Shown: positions 19,177 through 30,317 of the stretch, piece after piece
How the letters are laid out: each line of letters starts with the position of its first letter
Numbering within the stretch: the first letter of the stretch is position 1
Assembly (NCBI GenBank): GCA_963805945.1
Contig: CAWDVP010000006.1
Span: forward strand, 416,001-480,000
Length of the DNA stretch: 64,000 nt
Direction: 5' to 3'
Source: Vulcanimicrobiota bacterium
GTDB lineage: Bacteria; Vulcanimicrobiota; Vulcanimicrobiia; Eremiobacterales; Eremiobacteraceae
Made by a program: the position numbers and the translations under genes
Notes under the pieces: generated by a model
What the model saw: the letters and a program-made list of their open reading frames with translations, nothing else
Told to the model about the DNA's origin: nothing
The model's database searches: none

Positions 19177-20727
19177 ATGTCGCATGAATCCGAACTCGAT
19201 CTGCTTCGCACGAAGCGGGCGCAATCGCGCGTGCCCGCGGGCGAGGCCGCGATCGCCAAGCAGCGCGAGCGCGGCAAGCTCACCGCGCGAGAGCGCATCG
19301 AGCGACTGCTCGACGCGGGCAGCTTCGTCGAACTCGACGCGTTCGCGGTCCATCGCACCGACGCGTTCGGCCTCGACGAGCGGCAGTTCGTCGGCGACGG
19401 CGTCGTCACAGGTCACGGCACCATCGACGGCCGGCAGGTCTGCATCTTCTCGCAGGACTTCTCCGTCTTGGGCGGTTCGCTGGGAGAAGTGTTTGCCGAG
19501 AAGATCTGCAAGGTCATGGATCTGGCGGTGAAGGTCGGCTGTCCGATGATCGGCATCAACGACTCGGGCGGCGCGCGCATCCAAGAGGGCGTGGTCAGTC
19601 TCGGCGGCTACGCGGAGATATTCTGGCGCAACGTGCAGGCCTCCGGCGTCATCCCGCAGATCTCGCTCATCGCCGGCCCCTGCGCCGGCGGTGCGGTCTA
19701 CAGTCCCGCCATCACCGACTTCATCATCATGGTGGACAAGATCTCGCAGATGTTTATCACCGGGCCGGAAGTGATCAAGACGGTGACCGGTGAGGAGGTG
19801 AGCTTCGAAGAGCTGGGCGGTGCGGCGACCCATAACTCGAAGAGCGGCGTCGCGCAGTTCCTGGCCGCCGATGAGGATGAGGCGTTCGAGCAGATCCGCC
19901 ATCTGCTCTCGTTCTTGCCGCAGAACAACCTCGACGATCCGCCGGTCGTGGACTCAGACGACGATCCGCAACGCACCGATCCTGGTTTGATCGACCTCAT
20001 CCCGGCGGCGCCGAACCTCCCCTACGACATGATCGGCGTCATCGAGCGCGTGGTGGATAGCGGCGAGTTCTTCGAAGTGCAGCCGCTCTACGGCGGCTCG
20101 CTGGTCGTCGGCTTCGCGAGGCTCGACGGCCAGCCGGTCGGCATCGTCGCTAACCAGCCGAAGGTGCTCGCGGGCGTGTTGGACATCAGCTCGTCGCTCA
20201 AAGGCGCGCGCTTCGTGCGCTTCTGCGACGCGTTCAACATCCCGCTCGTCGTGTTCGTCGACGTGCCGGGCTTCTTGCCGGGCACCAGCCAGGAGTTCGG
20301 CGGCATCATCAAACACGGCGCGAAGCTGCTCTACGCCTTCGCCGAGGCGACGGTGCCGAAGCTCACGGTGATCACGCGCAAGGCGTATGGCGGCGCGTAT
20401 GACGTCATGTGCAGCAAGCACATCCGCGCCGATTTCAACGTCGCGTGGCCGACCGCGGAGATCGCCGTCATGGGCCCGCCTGGCGCGGTGAAGATCATCT
20501 TCCGCGACGAGATCGCCAAGGCCGCCGATCCCGCCAAGCGCACGGACGAACTGGTCGCCGAATACGTCGAGCGCTTCGCCAATCCATACGTCGCGGCGGA
20601 ACGCGGCTATATCGACGACGTCATCGATCCGGCACAGACGCGGCCGGCGCTCATCAACGCGCTGCACCTGCTGGCGGGCAAGCGCGTGGCCCGGCCGGCG
20701 CGGCGCCACGGCAACATCCCTCTTTGA
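19177..20727 (+). CDS. pccB: Acyl-CoA (propionyl-CoA) carboxylase beta subunit
   Basis: [43 protein letters not shown], ends HGNIPL. Confidence 0.93.
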   Translation: MSHESELDLLRTKRAQSRVPAGEAAIAKQRERGKLTARERIERLLDAGSFVELDAFAVHRTDAFGLDERQFVGDGVVTGHGTIDGRQVCIFSQDFSVLGGSLGEVFAEKICKVMDLAVKVGCPMIGINDSGGARIQEGVVSLGGYAEIFWRNVQASGVIPQISLIAGPCAGGAVYSPAITDFIIMVDKISQMFITGPEVIKTVTGEEVSFEELGGAATHNSKSGVAQFLAADEDEAFEQIRHLLSFLPQNNLDDPPVVDSDDDPQRTDPGLIDLIPAAPNLPYDMIGVIERVVDSGEFFEVQPLYGGSLVVGFARLDGQPVGIVANQPKVLAGVLDISSSLKGARFVRFCDAFNIPLVVFVDVPGFLPGTSQEFGGIIKHGAKLLYAFAEATVPKLTVITRKAYGGAYDVMCSKHIRADFNVAWPTAEIAVMGPPGAVKIIFRDEIAKAADPAKRTDELVAEYVERFANPYVAAERGYIDDVIDPAQTRPALINALHLLAGKRVARPARRHGNIPL

Positions 20728-20936
20728 AGATCATCGAGATCACGCCGGCGGCCACGCCGGATGAGGCGGCCGCGATCGAGGCGGCCTTGAAGCTTATCAG
20801 CGGTCGAATGAATTCGACCGCTACAGGCAGCGCACGCGTATGGAGCGGTCGAGTTTACTCGACCGACCCGAGCGATGACCGCGCTCTCACGTGGCGCGAA
20901 GAGGCGCGGCGCGAAGCGGTCGATGCCGGCGTTTAA
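20724..20936 (+). CDS. Small acyl-CoA carboxylase epsilon subunit-like protein (70 aa)
   Basis: TTG start overlapping pccB stop (TTGA); [13 protein letters not shown]...WREEARREA resembles AccE/PccE-type subunits; stop overlaps next start. Confidence 0.65.
   Translation: MKIIEITPAATPDEAAAIEAALKLISGRMNSTATGSARVWSGRVYSTDPSDDRALTWREEARREAVDAGV
20801..20865. repeat. Head-to-head REP doublet inside the epsilon-like ORF
   Basis: Minus TGTAG-CGGTCGAA-TTCA-TTCGACCG (20801-20825) and plus TGGAG-CGGTCGAG-TTTA-CTCGACCG (20841-20865). Confidence 0.8.
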
Positions 20937-22698
20937 GAAGATACTTGTCGCCAACCGCGGTGAGATCGCGGTGCGCGTCATCCGCGCCTGTCGCGAGCTC
21001 TCCATCCCCGTCGTGGCCGTGTATTCGGACGTCGATCGCGAATCGCGACACGTCGATATGGCGGACGAAGCTTACCGCCTCGGGCCGGCCGCGCCTTCGC
21101 AATCATACCTGAATGTCGAACGCATCGTCGAGGTCGCGCGGCTCGCGGGTTGCGACGCGATCCATCCCGGCTACGGCTTCTTGGCCGAGAACGCCGGTTT
21201 CGCGAGGCGCTGCGCCGCCGAAGACTTGGTGTTCATCGGCCCGTCAGCCGACGTGATCGACGCTATGGGCGGCAAGATCGCCGCTCGCGCCGCGGCGCGC
21301 AAAGCCGGCATGCCGGTCGTGCCGGGCACCGACCGCGCCATCGTGAGCGCCGCGGAGATCTTCGCGTTCGCGGAGCGCTTCGGCTACCCCATCGCCATCA
21401 AAGCCTCTGCTGGCGGCGGCGGCAAAGGTCTCAAGATCGCACGCTCCGACAAGGAGGTCGGCGAAGCGCTCGATCTCGCCGCGAAAGAGGCGGCGGCGTA
21501 TTTCAAAGATGCGACGGTGTATGTCGAACGGTATCTCTCGGCACCGCAGCACATCGAGCTGCAGATCCTCGGCGATAAGCACGGCGGCATGGTGCATTGC
21601 GGCGAGCGCGAATGCTCGATGCAGCGCCGCCACCAAAAACTCGTCGAGGAGACGCCGGCCAACATCTCGCCGGAGGTCCGGGAGCGGCTCACCAGCGCGG
21701 CGGTAGCCCTCGCCCGCTCGATCGCCTACGACAGCGCCGGCACGATCGAGTGTCTCGTCGAGGGCGGCGACTTCTTCTTCTTAGAGATGAACACGCGCAT
21801 CCAGGTGGAGCACACCGTCAGCGAGATGGTCTGGGGGCTCGATCTCGTCAAGGCGCAGATCCGCGTCGCGGCGGGCGAACCGCTGTGGTTCACGCAGCGC
21901 GACCTCGCACCTCGCGGGCATGCCATCGAGTGCCGCATCAACGCGGAAGATCCATCGCACGACTTCCTGCCGCACGCCGGTCGCCTCGAACGCTACGTCG
22001 AGCCGGGTGGCCCCGGCGTGCGGGTGGATTCGAGCGCCTATCCCGGCTTCGTCATCCCGCAAGAATACGATTCGATGCTCGGCAAGCTCGTGGTCTGGGG
22101 TTTGGATCGCGAGGAGGCGGTCAGCCGGATGCTGCGTGCGCTGCGCGAATACCGCATCGAGGGCGTCACCACGACGATCCCGTTCTTGCGATTGCTCCTC
22201 GCGGGGGAGGATTTCAAACGCGGGCGCTATGCGACCCCGACGGTAGAGCGCTTCTGCGCCGCGCACGGCGCGGAGATCGCCGCCGCGTACCCAAGCGTCG
22301 CTCGGGCGCCACAGGGCTCGGAGCTGAGCTTCGCTCGGCCGCTACAGGACCTCACCGTGGAGGTCAACGACAAACGTTTCGTGGTCCGCGTGCTTGATGA
22401 CGGCGCCGGCGCGCGCGCGCGACGCCGGCCACCGCTGTCGCGGCAGAAGAAACGGCTCGCCGCGGACGGCGCGACGATCGGTGCGCCGATGCACGGCATC
22501 GTCGTCGAGATCAGCGTCAAGCCCGGCGACGCGGTCGCGGACGGCCAGGTGGTCGCGGTCATCGAGGCGATGAAGATGATGAACGAAGTGCTCGCCCACC
22601 GCGCCGGCACAGTGGCGGGCATCCACGCGAGCGCCGGCGACACCGTTGAGACCGGCTCGCCGCTCATCACGTTCGAAGAGGCGACGGCGCTGCCCTAG
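20923..22698 (+). CDS. pccA: Acyl-CoA carboxylase alpha subunit (biotin carboxylase + biotin carrier)
   Basis: ILVANRGEIA, HPGYGFLAEN, EMNTRIQVEH, EAMKM. Confidence 0.9.
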   Translation: MPAFKKILVANRGEIAVRVIRACRELSIPVVAVYSDVDRESRHVDMADEAYRLGPAAPSQSYLNVERIVEVARLAGCDAIHPGYGFLAENAGFARRCAAEDLVFIGPSADVIDAMGGKIAARAAARKAGMPVVPGTDRAIVSAAEIFAFAERFGYPIAIKASAGGGGKGLKIARSDKEVGEALDLAAKEAAAYFKDATVYVERYLSAPQHIELQILGDKHGGMVHCGERECSMQRRHQKLVEETPANISPEVRERLTSAAVALARSIAYDSAGTIECLVEGGDFFFLEMNTRIQVEHTVSEMVWGLDLVKAQIRVAAGEPLWFTQRDLAPRGHAIECRINAEDPSHDFLPHAGRLERYVEPGGPGVRVDSSAYPGFVIPQEYDSMLGKLVVWGLDREEAVSRMLRALREYRIEGVTTTIPFLRLLLAGEDFKRGRYATPTVERFCAAHGAEIAAAYPSVARAPQGSELSFARPLQDLTVEVNDKRFVVRVLDDGAGARARRRPPLSRQKKRLAADGATIGAPMHGIVVEISVKPGDAVADGQVVAVIEAMKMMNEVLAHRAGTVAGIHASAGDTVETGSPLITFEEATALP

Positions 22699-22729
22699 GC
22701 GTCGCCGAGCCGGCTGACGAACGCCAGTC

Positions 22730-24322
22730 GTGATGCACGAGCGCGAGACCGACAGCGGCATTCCCATCAAGCCCGTCTATTCGGCGTCGGACGTTGACGA
22801 TCTCGACCTTGCGCATCAGCCGCTCCCCGGCGAATATCCGTTCATCCGCGGCATCCAGCGCGAGATGTACCGCGCCCGGTTGTGGACGATGCGTCAATAC
22901 GCCGGTTTTGGCACCGCCAAAGAGTCGAACGAACGCTATCGCTACCTGTTGGCGCACGGGCAGATGGGCATCTCGGTCGCCTTCGACCTGCCCACCCAGA
23001 TGGGCATGGATTCAGACGCGCCGCTCGCCGCGGGCGAGGTCGGCCGGACCGGCGTCGCCATCGACACCATCGAGGACATGGAGGCGCTGTTCGACGCCAT
23101 CCCGCAGGATCAGGTGAGCGCGTCGATGACCATCAACGCGCCTGCGGCGATTCTGCTCGCGTTGTATCTCGCGGTCGCGCGGCGGCGCGGTGTTCCCTTC
23201 GCCAAGCTGTCGGGCACGTCGCAGAACGACATCCTCAAAGAGTATGCGGCGCGCGGCACCTACATCTATCCGCCCGGCCCGTCGATGCGGCTGGTCACCG
23301 ATCTCATGTCGTACTGCGCGCAGCACGTCCCCAAGTGGAACACCATCAGCGTCAGCGGCTATCACATCCGCGAGGCAGGTGCGACGGCCGCGCAAGAGCT
23401 CGCCTTCACGCTCGCCAACGGCCGCGCGTACCTGCGCGCCGCGCTCGATGCCGGCCTGGGTGTCGATGAGGTGGCCTCGCGCATGTCGTTCTTCTGGAAC
23501 GCCCACAACGATTTTTTCGAGGAGATCGCGAAGTTCCGCGCCGCACGCGAGTTGTGGGCGCACATCGTGCGCGACGAATTCCACGCCGCATCGCCCAAGG
23601 CGTGGCTCATGCGGTTCCACACCCAGACCGGCGGCTCGACGCTCACCGCGCAAGAGCCGGAGAACAACGTCGTGCGCGTCGCGCTGCAGGCGCTCGCCGC
23701 GGTGCTGGGCGGCACGCAGTCGCTGCACACGAACAGCATGGACGAGGCGCTCGCGTTGCCGACGCAAACAGCGGCCAAGGTCGCGCTGCGGACGCAGCAG
23801 ATCATCGCCTACGAGAGCGGCGTCGCGGCGACTGCCGATCCCCTCGCCGGCTCGTATTTCGTCGAGCGGCTGACCGCCGATCTGGCCGCCAAGGCGCGCG
23901 AGATCCTCGCGGAGGTCGATAAACGCGGCGGCGCCGTGGCGGCGATCGAGAGCGGCTGGATGCAGGAGCAGATCGCCGAGAGCGCCTACCGCGCGCAGGC
24001 GAAACTGGAGAACGGCCTGACGGCGGTCGTCGGCGTCAACAAGTTCGTCGAACCCGACGCATCGGCGGTCGCGCCGCTGCTGCAGCGTATCGATCCGTCC
24101 ATCGAGCGCGAGCAATGCGCGCGCCTTGCCGCGTTTCGGGCGCGGCGCGATGGCGCGCAGGCGGCGGCGCGCCTGGCCGCTGTCAAGCGCGCGGCGACGG
24201 CGACCGGTGCGCCGCTCATGCCCGAATTCGTCGAGGCGGTCGACGCCGGCTGCACGCTTGGCGAGGTCGCCGACGCGCTGCGCGAGGTCTTCTCCGTCTA
24301 TCGGCCCGCGGCGGCGGTCTAG
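22730..24322 (+). CDS. Methylmalonyl-CoA mutase, substrate-binding large subunit (no B12-binding domain)
   Basis: WTMRQYAGF (Tyr), [11 protein letters not shown] (Arg), [15 protein letters not shown]; no DxHxxG domain. Confidence 0.9.
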   Translation: MMHERETDSGIPIKPVYSASDVDDLDLAHQPLPGEYPFIRGIQREMYRARLWTMRQYAGFGTAKESNERYRYLLAHGQMGISVAFDLPTQMGMDSDAPLAAGEVGRTGVAIDTIEDMEALFDAIPQDQVSASMTINAPAAILLALYLAVARRRGVPFAKLSGTSQNDILKEYAARGTYIYPPGPSMRLVTDLMSYCAQHVPKWNTISVSGYHIREAGATAAQELAFTLANGRAYLRAALDAGLGVDEVASRMSFFWNAHNDFFEEIAKFRAARELWAHIVRDEFHAASPKAWLMRFHTQTGGSTLTAQEPENNVVRVALQALAAVLGGTQSLHTNSMDEALALPTQTAAKVALRTQQIIAYESGVAATADPLAGSYFVERLTADLAAKAREILAEVDKRGGAVAAIESGWMQEQIAESAYRAQAKLENGLTAVVGVNKFVEPDASAVAPLLQRIDPSIEREQCARLAAFRARRDGAQAAARLAAVKRAATATGAPLMPEFVEAVDAGCTLGEVADALREVFSVYRPAAAV

Positions 24323-24325
24323 GAA

Positions 24326-24739
24326 GTGGACCGGCCGATCGATCACGTGGCGCTGGTGGTGCGCGATCTCGACGCGAGCGCCGCGGTCTATCGGACGCTC
24401 GGGTTCACACAACGCTACCGCGAGCGCGTCGAGGATCAAGGCGTCGACATCATCGGCATGAGCGCCGGCGATTCCACCATCGAACTGCTCAAGCCGCTGC
24501 AGCCGGACTCGCCGCTCGTGCGCTTCTTGGGCGACAAACCGTCGAAGCTCCATCACATCGCATACCGGGTGCCCGACATCGAGGTTGAGCTCGCGCGGCT
24601 CAAGGCGCAGGGCACGCGTCTCATCGACGAACGGCCGCGGCGCGGCGCGCACGGCAACCTCATCGCCTTCATCCACCCGAGCGCGACGGACGGCGCGCTC
24701 GTCGAGGTCTGCCAGCAAGGAATTCCCGATGTCGCTTGA
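24326..24739 (+). CDS. mce: Methylmalonyl-CoA epimerase
   Basis: IDHVALVV, EDQGV, IELL, LHHIAYRV, GAHG..IAFIHP, LVE. Confidence 0.9.
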   Translation: MDRPIDHVALVVRDLDASAAVYRTLGFTQRYRERVEDQGVDIIGMSAGDSTIELLKPLQPDSPLVRFLGDKPSKLHHIAYRVPDIEVELARLKAQGTRLIDERPRRGAHGNLIAFIHPSATDGALVEVCQQGIPDVA

Positions 24740-25271
24740 GGCCTGGAGCCTCGCCGCGTCGGCCGGCACGTTCCTCGTCATCGCGGCGACCGCGATCGCG
24801 GCGATCGTGCAGCTGCGCCACATGCGCAGCAGCAACCAGATCACCGCGCTCTCCAAGCTCGAGGAGATGTGGGATGATCCCGACTTCACCATCGCTCGGC
24901 GGCGCGTGGCGACGGAGCTCGACGAGCGCCTCAAAGATCCGCTGTTCCGGGCCAAGGTCGCCTCTGAGGTGCCGACCGACGAGCTGGTCCGCGCGCTCAA
25001 CGACGTGTGCAACTTCTACGAGACGATGGGCGTGTACGTCAAGCACGGCCTTGCCGACGTCGACGTCGTGTGCGATTTCTGGTCCGCCATCGTCAGCCAG
25101 ACATGGACACGGCTGAAGCCCGCGATCGCCCTCGCCCGGCAAGGGTCGATGGGTGATCAGCTGTGGGAGAATTTCGAATACATGGTCATCGTCACCCAGC
25201 GTTACCTCGCGAAGCACCCACGGACGTTTCCCCGCGGCATGGAGCGCCTACCGCTCGACGACGCGCAGTGA
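24729..25271 (+). CDS. DUF4760-like single-TM protein (paralog 6)
   Basis: MSLEAWSLAASAGTFLVIAATAIAAIVQLRHMRSSNQ, NFYETMG, WENFEY, HPRTFP; 11-nt overlap with mce. Confidence 0.82.
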   Translation: MSLEAWSLAASAGTFLVIAATAIAAIVQLRHMRSSNQITALSKLEEMWDDPDFTIARRRVATELDERLKDPLFRAKVASEVPTDELVRALNDVCNFYETMGVYVKHGLADVDVVCDFWSAIVSQTWTRLKPAIALARQGSMGDQLWENFEYMVIVTQRYLAKHPRTFPRGMERLPLDDAQ

Positions 25272-25284
25272 GGCGTCTTCGCTC

Positions 25285-26832
25285 TCACGGATGGGTCAGC
25301 GTCGTGTCGAGCTGTACCTCGAATGTGCGCTGCCAAGGAAGATAGATAGAGAGCTGGCTCTGCTGCCAGCCCGCCGGCGCGAAGTCGGCATCGAAGAGAT
25401 CGACTGCAAGCGGCCACAGCCGGGCTCGCACTTGTGACTCCGCGGCCGCGGTTTGGTCGCCGAGCGCGTACGTGTCGAAGCCGTCGCGGCGCAGCTCGGC
25501 GTTGAGCGTCGGCCGCACTAACAGGCGATAGTCGTAATCGTCCACGTAACGGTCGAACAGAAACGTCTCCTGCGCGTCAGGCCGCGCACTTCCGACGTGC
25601 CGTGCGAGAGCGCCGCACGCCGCAGCGGAGAGCGCGGTACCGGCGCTGTTCGCCGTGGTGTTCCACGACGCGAACGCCAGTGGCAGCGCGGCGACGCCCG
25701 CGCCCTGCAGCGCTTCAGGTTCGACCCGCTCCTCCCCGAGATCGTCGTCGATGAAGGTGATGTCGGCGAGCGCGATCGGTTCACCGTCGTGCAAGCGCTT
25801 CGCCAAGCGGCTGAAATAGTACGACCGCATCTCGACCGGCGTGAGCGGCGTGAACACGTCGAGCGTGAGATCCTGGCCGGCTTCGACCACCGTCACGTGC
25901 AAGGCGCGGGCCAAGCCTTCGATCGTCTGGTGGACGGGGACATCCTCGAGCGGGTCCTGCAGCCGGGCACCGAGCGGGCTTGAGTACTCGATCCGCACGC
26001 GCGGCGACCAGCCAGCCGCGTCCTCCGCCGCTCGGGTGACGGCTACCATGCCCATCTCATCCGCGCCCGGATTGAACAGCACGCGCCCGCTCGCGCGGAG
26101 TTCCGACGCTAGGGCGATCAGACGGCGCTGCTCTGATGCCTGCAAGCCGTCGGAAGAGCCTGCATCGTCTTGCGTGATCGCCAGCCATGCGATGTCGCCC
26201 TTGGCGGCGAGCGTGATGAGCTGCTCGTCGGTCGCGAGGTCGCGTGCGCGGGCGCCGATGTAATCCCAGAACGCCGCATCCGGAACACCGCTGCGAGACT
26301 GCGCGAGCGCGGCGCGATCGTCGGACGTGAGATGCGGCGCGCCGGCAAGCCGCGCATAGTTCGTCAGCGCCTCGAGATAGGGCTCGCTTTGCGGCGTCTC
26401 CGTCGGCGCCAAGCGCATGATCGTGCCGAAGACGTAGAGCGGCACACGCGGGTGCAGCTCGTGGAAGCGCGCCAGCGCCTGCAGGCGCGCCTGCGCGGTT
26501 GAGAGCGCGGTGGCAGGCGTTCTCGACGCGACGAGGCCGCCGTAGGCCAGCATGTCCGATGACACGACGACAGCGCTCAGCCCTTGTGTATCGAGCGCGA
26601 GCAGCCACTGACCGATCGCGTCGGCGTCGCCCGGCTTGGTGAAGTGCCCGAGCAGCTGCGGCGGCGGCATCTCGAGCCGCACCCCGCAGATGGCGGCGGT
26701 GGCCTGCGGGAATTGCGCCGTCGCCGGACGGTCGTCCATGGGGATGAACGCGATGCGGCTGGGCGCGCCGGCAGCCGGCGCCGCGACGAGGAATAGCAGC
26801 GCTGCTAACGCCGCACTACGGAGAATCGACAT
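25285..26832 (-). CDS. DUF4127-like secreted protein
   Basis: Signal peptide; FIPMDDRP, SDMLAYGGLVASR, TIMR, QDD, GADE, WNTTAN, LPW.R.FE; family name from recall. Confidence 0.75.
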   Translation of the reverse strand: MSILRSAALAALLFLVAAPAAGAPSRIAFIPMDDRPATAQFPQATAAICGVRLEMPPPQLLGHFTKPGDADAIGQWLLALDTQGLSAVVVSSDMLAYGGLVASRTPATALSTAQARLQALARFHELHPRVPLYVFGTIMRLAPTETPQSEPYLEALTNYARLAGAPHLTSDDRAALAQSRSGVPDAAFWDYIGARARDLATDEQLITLAAKGDIAWLAITQDDAGSSDGLQASEQRRLIALASELRASGRVLFNPGADEMGMVAVTRAAEDAAGWSPRVRIEYSSPLGARLQDPLEDVPVHQTIEGLARALHVTVVEAGQDLTLDVFTPLTPVEMRSYYFSRLAKRLHDGEPIALADITFIDDDLGEERVEPEALQGAGVAALPLAFASWNTTANSAGTALSAAACGALARHVGSARPDAQETFLFDRYVDDYDYRLLVRPTLNAELRRDGFDTYALGDQTAAAESQVRARLWPLAVDLFDADFAPAGWQQSQLSIYLPWQRTFEVQLDTTLTHP

Positions 26833-27530
26833 CTACACCGACAGGTAGCGCTGCATCAGCTCCTGGTCGTCGCGCAATTCCGCCGAGGCGTTCGACGCGA
26901 CGATCATGCCGTCCGACAGCACGTGCGCGCGATCGGATACCGCGAGCGCGACGCGGGCGTTCTGCTCGACCAGCAGCATCGTCATGCCCTCGGCCTTCAT
27001 CTGCATGACCGCCGCCTGGATCGCCTGAGCGACGACCGGGGCCAGCCCCTCGAGCGGCTCGTCCAAGAGGATGATCTCGGGATTCGAGATGAGCGCGCGC
27101 GCGATGCTCAGCATCTGCTGCTCGCCGCCCGAGAGCGACTTGCCGCTGTTGCCCTTACGCTCTTCCAAACGCGGAAAGAACGCGAAGACCTTCTTATAGT
27201 CCCACGGACCTTTGCGTCCGGCCAGCGTCGCGAGCTCGAGGTTCTCGGCCACGGTGAGGTTCGGGAAGACCCGCCGCTCTTCGGGGACATACGCGATGCC
27301 CATGCGCGAGATGACGAACGGCTTCATGCCGGCGATGTCGCGGCCGGCGAACTTGATCGTGCCGCTGCGCGGCGGCGTCACGCCCATGATGCTCTTGAGC
27401 GTCGTGCTGCGCCCCGAACCGTTGCGGCCGAGCAGCGCGACGACCTCGCCGCGGTCCACGTCGACCGTGACGTCCTGGAGGATGTGGCTCTTGCCGTAGT
27501 ACGTGTTGAGACCGTGGACTTCGAGCAGCA

Positions 27531-27531
<1 letters not shown>
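26833..27531 (-). CDS. livF: Branched-chain amino acid-type ABC transporter ATPase
   Basis: GRNGSGRST, LSGGEQQM, LLDEP, LVEQN. Confidence 0.9.
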
Positions 27532-28273
<742 letters not shown>

Positions 28274-28277
<4 letters not shown>

Positions 28278-29275
28278 GTTCGTTTCGCCCGCAGATTCTT
28301 CCACGCGCTTTCGGCAAGACCCCAGATGCCCTGCGGCGCGAAGAGGACGAAAGCGACGAAGACGATGCCGATGTAGCCTTCCCAGTACGCGGTGTAGTTC
28401 GAGATGTACTGCTGCATGAACTTGAACAGCCCGGCGCCGAGGATCGGACCCCAGAACGTGGGCGCGCCGCCGAGCAGCGTCATCATGACGATGTCGCCTG
28501 ATTCGGTCCAGTTGAGCTGCGACGGGTTGACCGCGCCGTCGTAGTAGGCGAGCAGCACGCCGGCGATCGCCGGCAGCATCGCCGACAGCACGAACGCGTT
28601 GATCTTGTAGCGCACGACGTCGTAGCCGAGGAACTCCGCACGCTGGCGGTTCTCCCGTATCGCGTGGCAGACGGCGCCGAACGGCGAGTGGATCACGCGC
28701 CACATGAACGCGGTGGCGAGCCACGCGATGATCGCGCACAGGATGTAGAACTGCGTCTCGTTGTTCATGTTGAGGTGCACGCCCGGCAGGATGTGCGTCG
28801 GGCGCGTGACGCCCTGGATGCCGTCATCGCCGCCGGTGACGGCGTTCCAGCGATCGCCGACGAAGGTCAGCACCTGGCCGACCGCGAGCATGATCATGGA
28901 GAAGTAGATGCCCGTGCTGCGCGGCACCACGACGCGCGCGAGGACGAACGCGAACAGCATCGTGCCGGCGAATGCGAGCAGCATCGCCGGCCAGAACGAC
29001 CAGCCGTGGTTGATGATCACGAAGGCGGAGAAATAGCCAGCCAGGCCCACGAATGCGGCGTGCCCGAACGACAGCTCGCCGGTATGGCCGTACAACAGGT
29101 TGAAGCCGAGCGCGATCATGCCGAAGATGACCATGTTGGTGGCGAGCGCGACGTTGCTCTTGAGGACGTGCACGAGCACCCACGGCAGCACCACGAGCAC
29201 CACCGCCCATACGAGCAGCGGCACCAGGCCGCCCCAGCTGTTGTGGCGCTGCTGCGCCGGCGTCAGCACGGCCAT
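28274..29275 (-). CDS. livM: Branched-chain amino acid-type ABC permease
   Basis: LSFGHAAF, TGGDDG, AIREN..RAEFLG, LLGG...FWGP. Confidence 0.88.
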
Positions 29276-30177
29276 CAGTCGAACAACCCTTCCGTACCGA
29301 AGAGGCCGCGCGGCCGCAGCAGCAGGATGAGCAGCATGAACGCGAACGGCACGATGTCCTCCGCCGAGGAGCCGCCGGGGATGAGCTGGACGGTGATCTC
29401 CTGCAGCAGACCGATGATGAGACCGCCTGCCACCGCGCCCCAGAACGAGCCGATGCCGCCGACGATGACGACGAGAAACGCGATGATGATGTAGGTCGCG
29501 CCCATGTTCGGATCGATGTTGTACAGCGGCGCCTCGAGGCCGCCCGCGAGCCCGCCCAGGAACGAACCGAGGCCGAAAACGACGGTGAAAGTGAGCGGCA
29601 TGTTGATGCCGAGGATGCCCACCATCTCGCTGTCGCGGGTGCCGGCGCGGATCGTCAGGCCGAGATTCGTCCGCACGAGCATCAGATACACGAGCACGAG
29701 CACGACGACGGTGACGAGGACCACGACGAGACGGAAGGTCGGGTACTGCGAGAATCCGAGGTTCACCGAGCCGGCGAGGAAACCTGAGGGCGAGAGCGGC
29801 TGCGGGATGTCGCCCCAGACCTTGCGGATGATCTGCGTGAAGATGAGAAACGCGCCGAAGGTGAACATGAGCACGTGCTCGGGCGGACGGCCGTACAGCC
29901 GCCTGATGAAGCCGCTCTCCATGCCCATGCCGAGCACCGCCATGCACAGCGCGCCGACGATGATGGCGGGGAACAGCCCGATCCTGGTCGAGAGCGTGAA
30001 CGTGATGTACGCGCCCAACGCGAAGAAGGCGCCGTGCGAGAAATTGATGACCCCCATGAGCCCGAGGATGATGTTGAGCCCAAGCGCGAGGAGCACGTAC
30101 AGCATGCCGCGCGTGAGGCCATCGAAGATGGTCTCCGCGATCTGGTTCGGCAGTATGGCGACATACGCCGCCGCCAT
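29275..30177 (-). CDS. livH: Branched-chain amino acid-type ABC permease
   Basis: ALGLNIILGLMGVINFSHG, VIVGGIGSF, LLLRPRGLFG. Confidence 0.88.
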   Translation of the reverse strand: MAAAYVAILPNQIAETIFDGLTRGMLYVLLALGLNIILGLMGVINFSHGAFFALGAYITFTLSTRIGLFPAIIVGALCMAVLGMGMESGFIRRLYGRPPEHVLMFTFGAFLIFTQIIRKVWGDIPQPLSPSGFLAGSVNLGFSQYPTFRLVVVLVTVVVLVLVYLMLVRTNLGLTIRAGTRDSEMVGILGINMPLTFTVVFGLGSFLGGLAGGLEAPLYNIDPNMGATYIIIAFLVVIVGGIGSFWGAVAGGLIIGLLQEITVQLIPGGSSAEDIVPFAFMLLILLLRPRGLFGTEGLFD

Positions 30178-30224
30178 CGTCAGGGCGGCATGAACGCTAT
30201 ACGTGGTCGATGCCCTCCGATATG

Positions 30225-30301
30225 GTAAGGGCCGACCTTTAGGTCGGCCCCACGGTGGTCTCCTTCAGAGTGTTTGCGGTCGAGTGAACTCGACCGCTCC
30301 A
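30225..30301. repeat. Inverted REP doublet between SBP and livH
   Basis: Plus GTAA-GGGCCGACC-TTTA-GGTCGGCCC (30225-30250); minus TGGAG-CGGTCGAG-TTCA-CTCGACCG (30277-30301). Confidence 0.78.
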
Positions 30302-30317
30302 CCCCAGGCCGCCGGGC

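Noticed and set aside
22730..24322. Isobutyryl- or 2-hydroxyisobutyryl-CoA mutase
   Set aside because: RQYAGF Tyr and the KEYAARG Arg, plus pcc and mce context, favour methylmalonyl-CoA mutase
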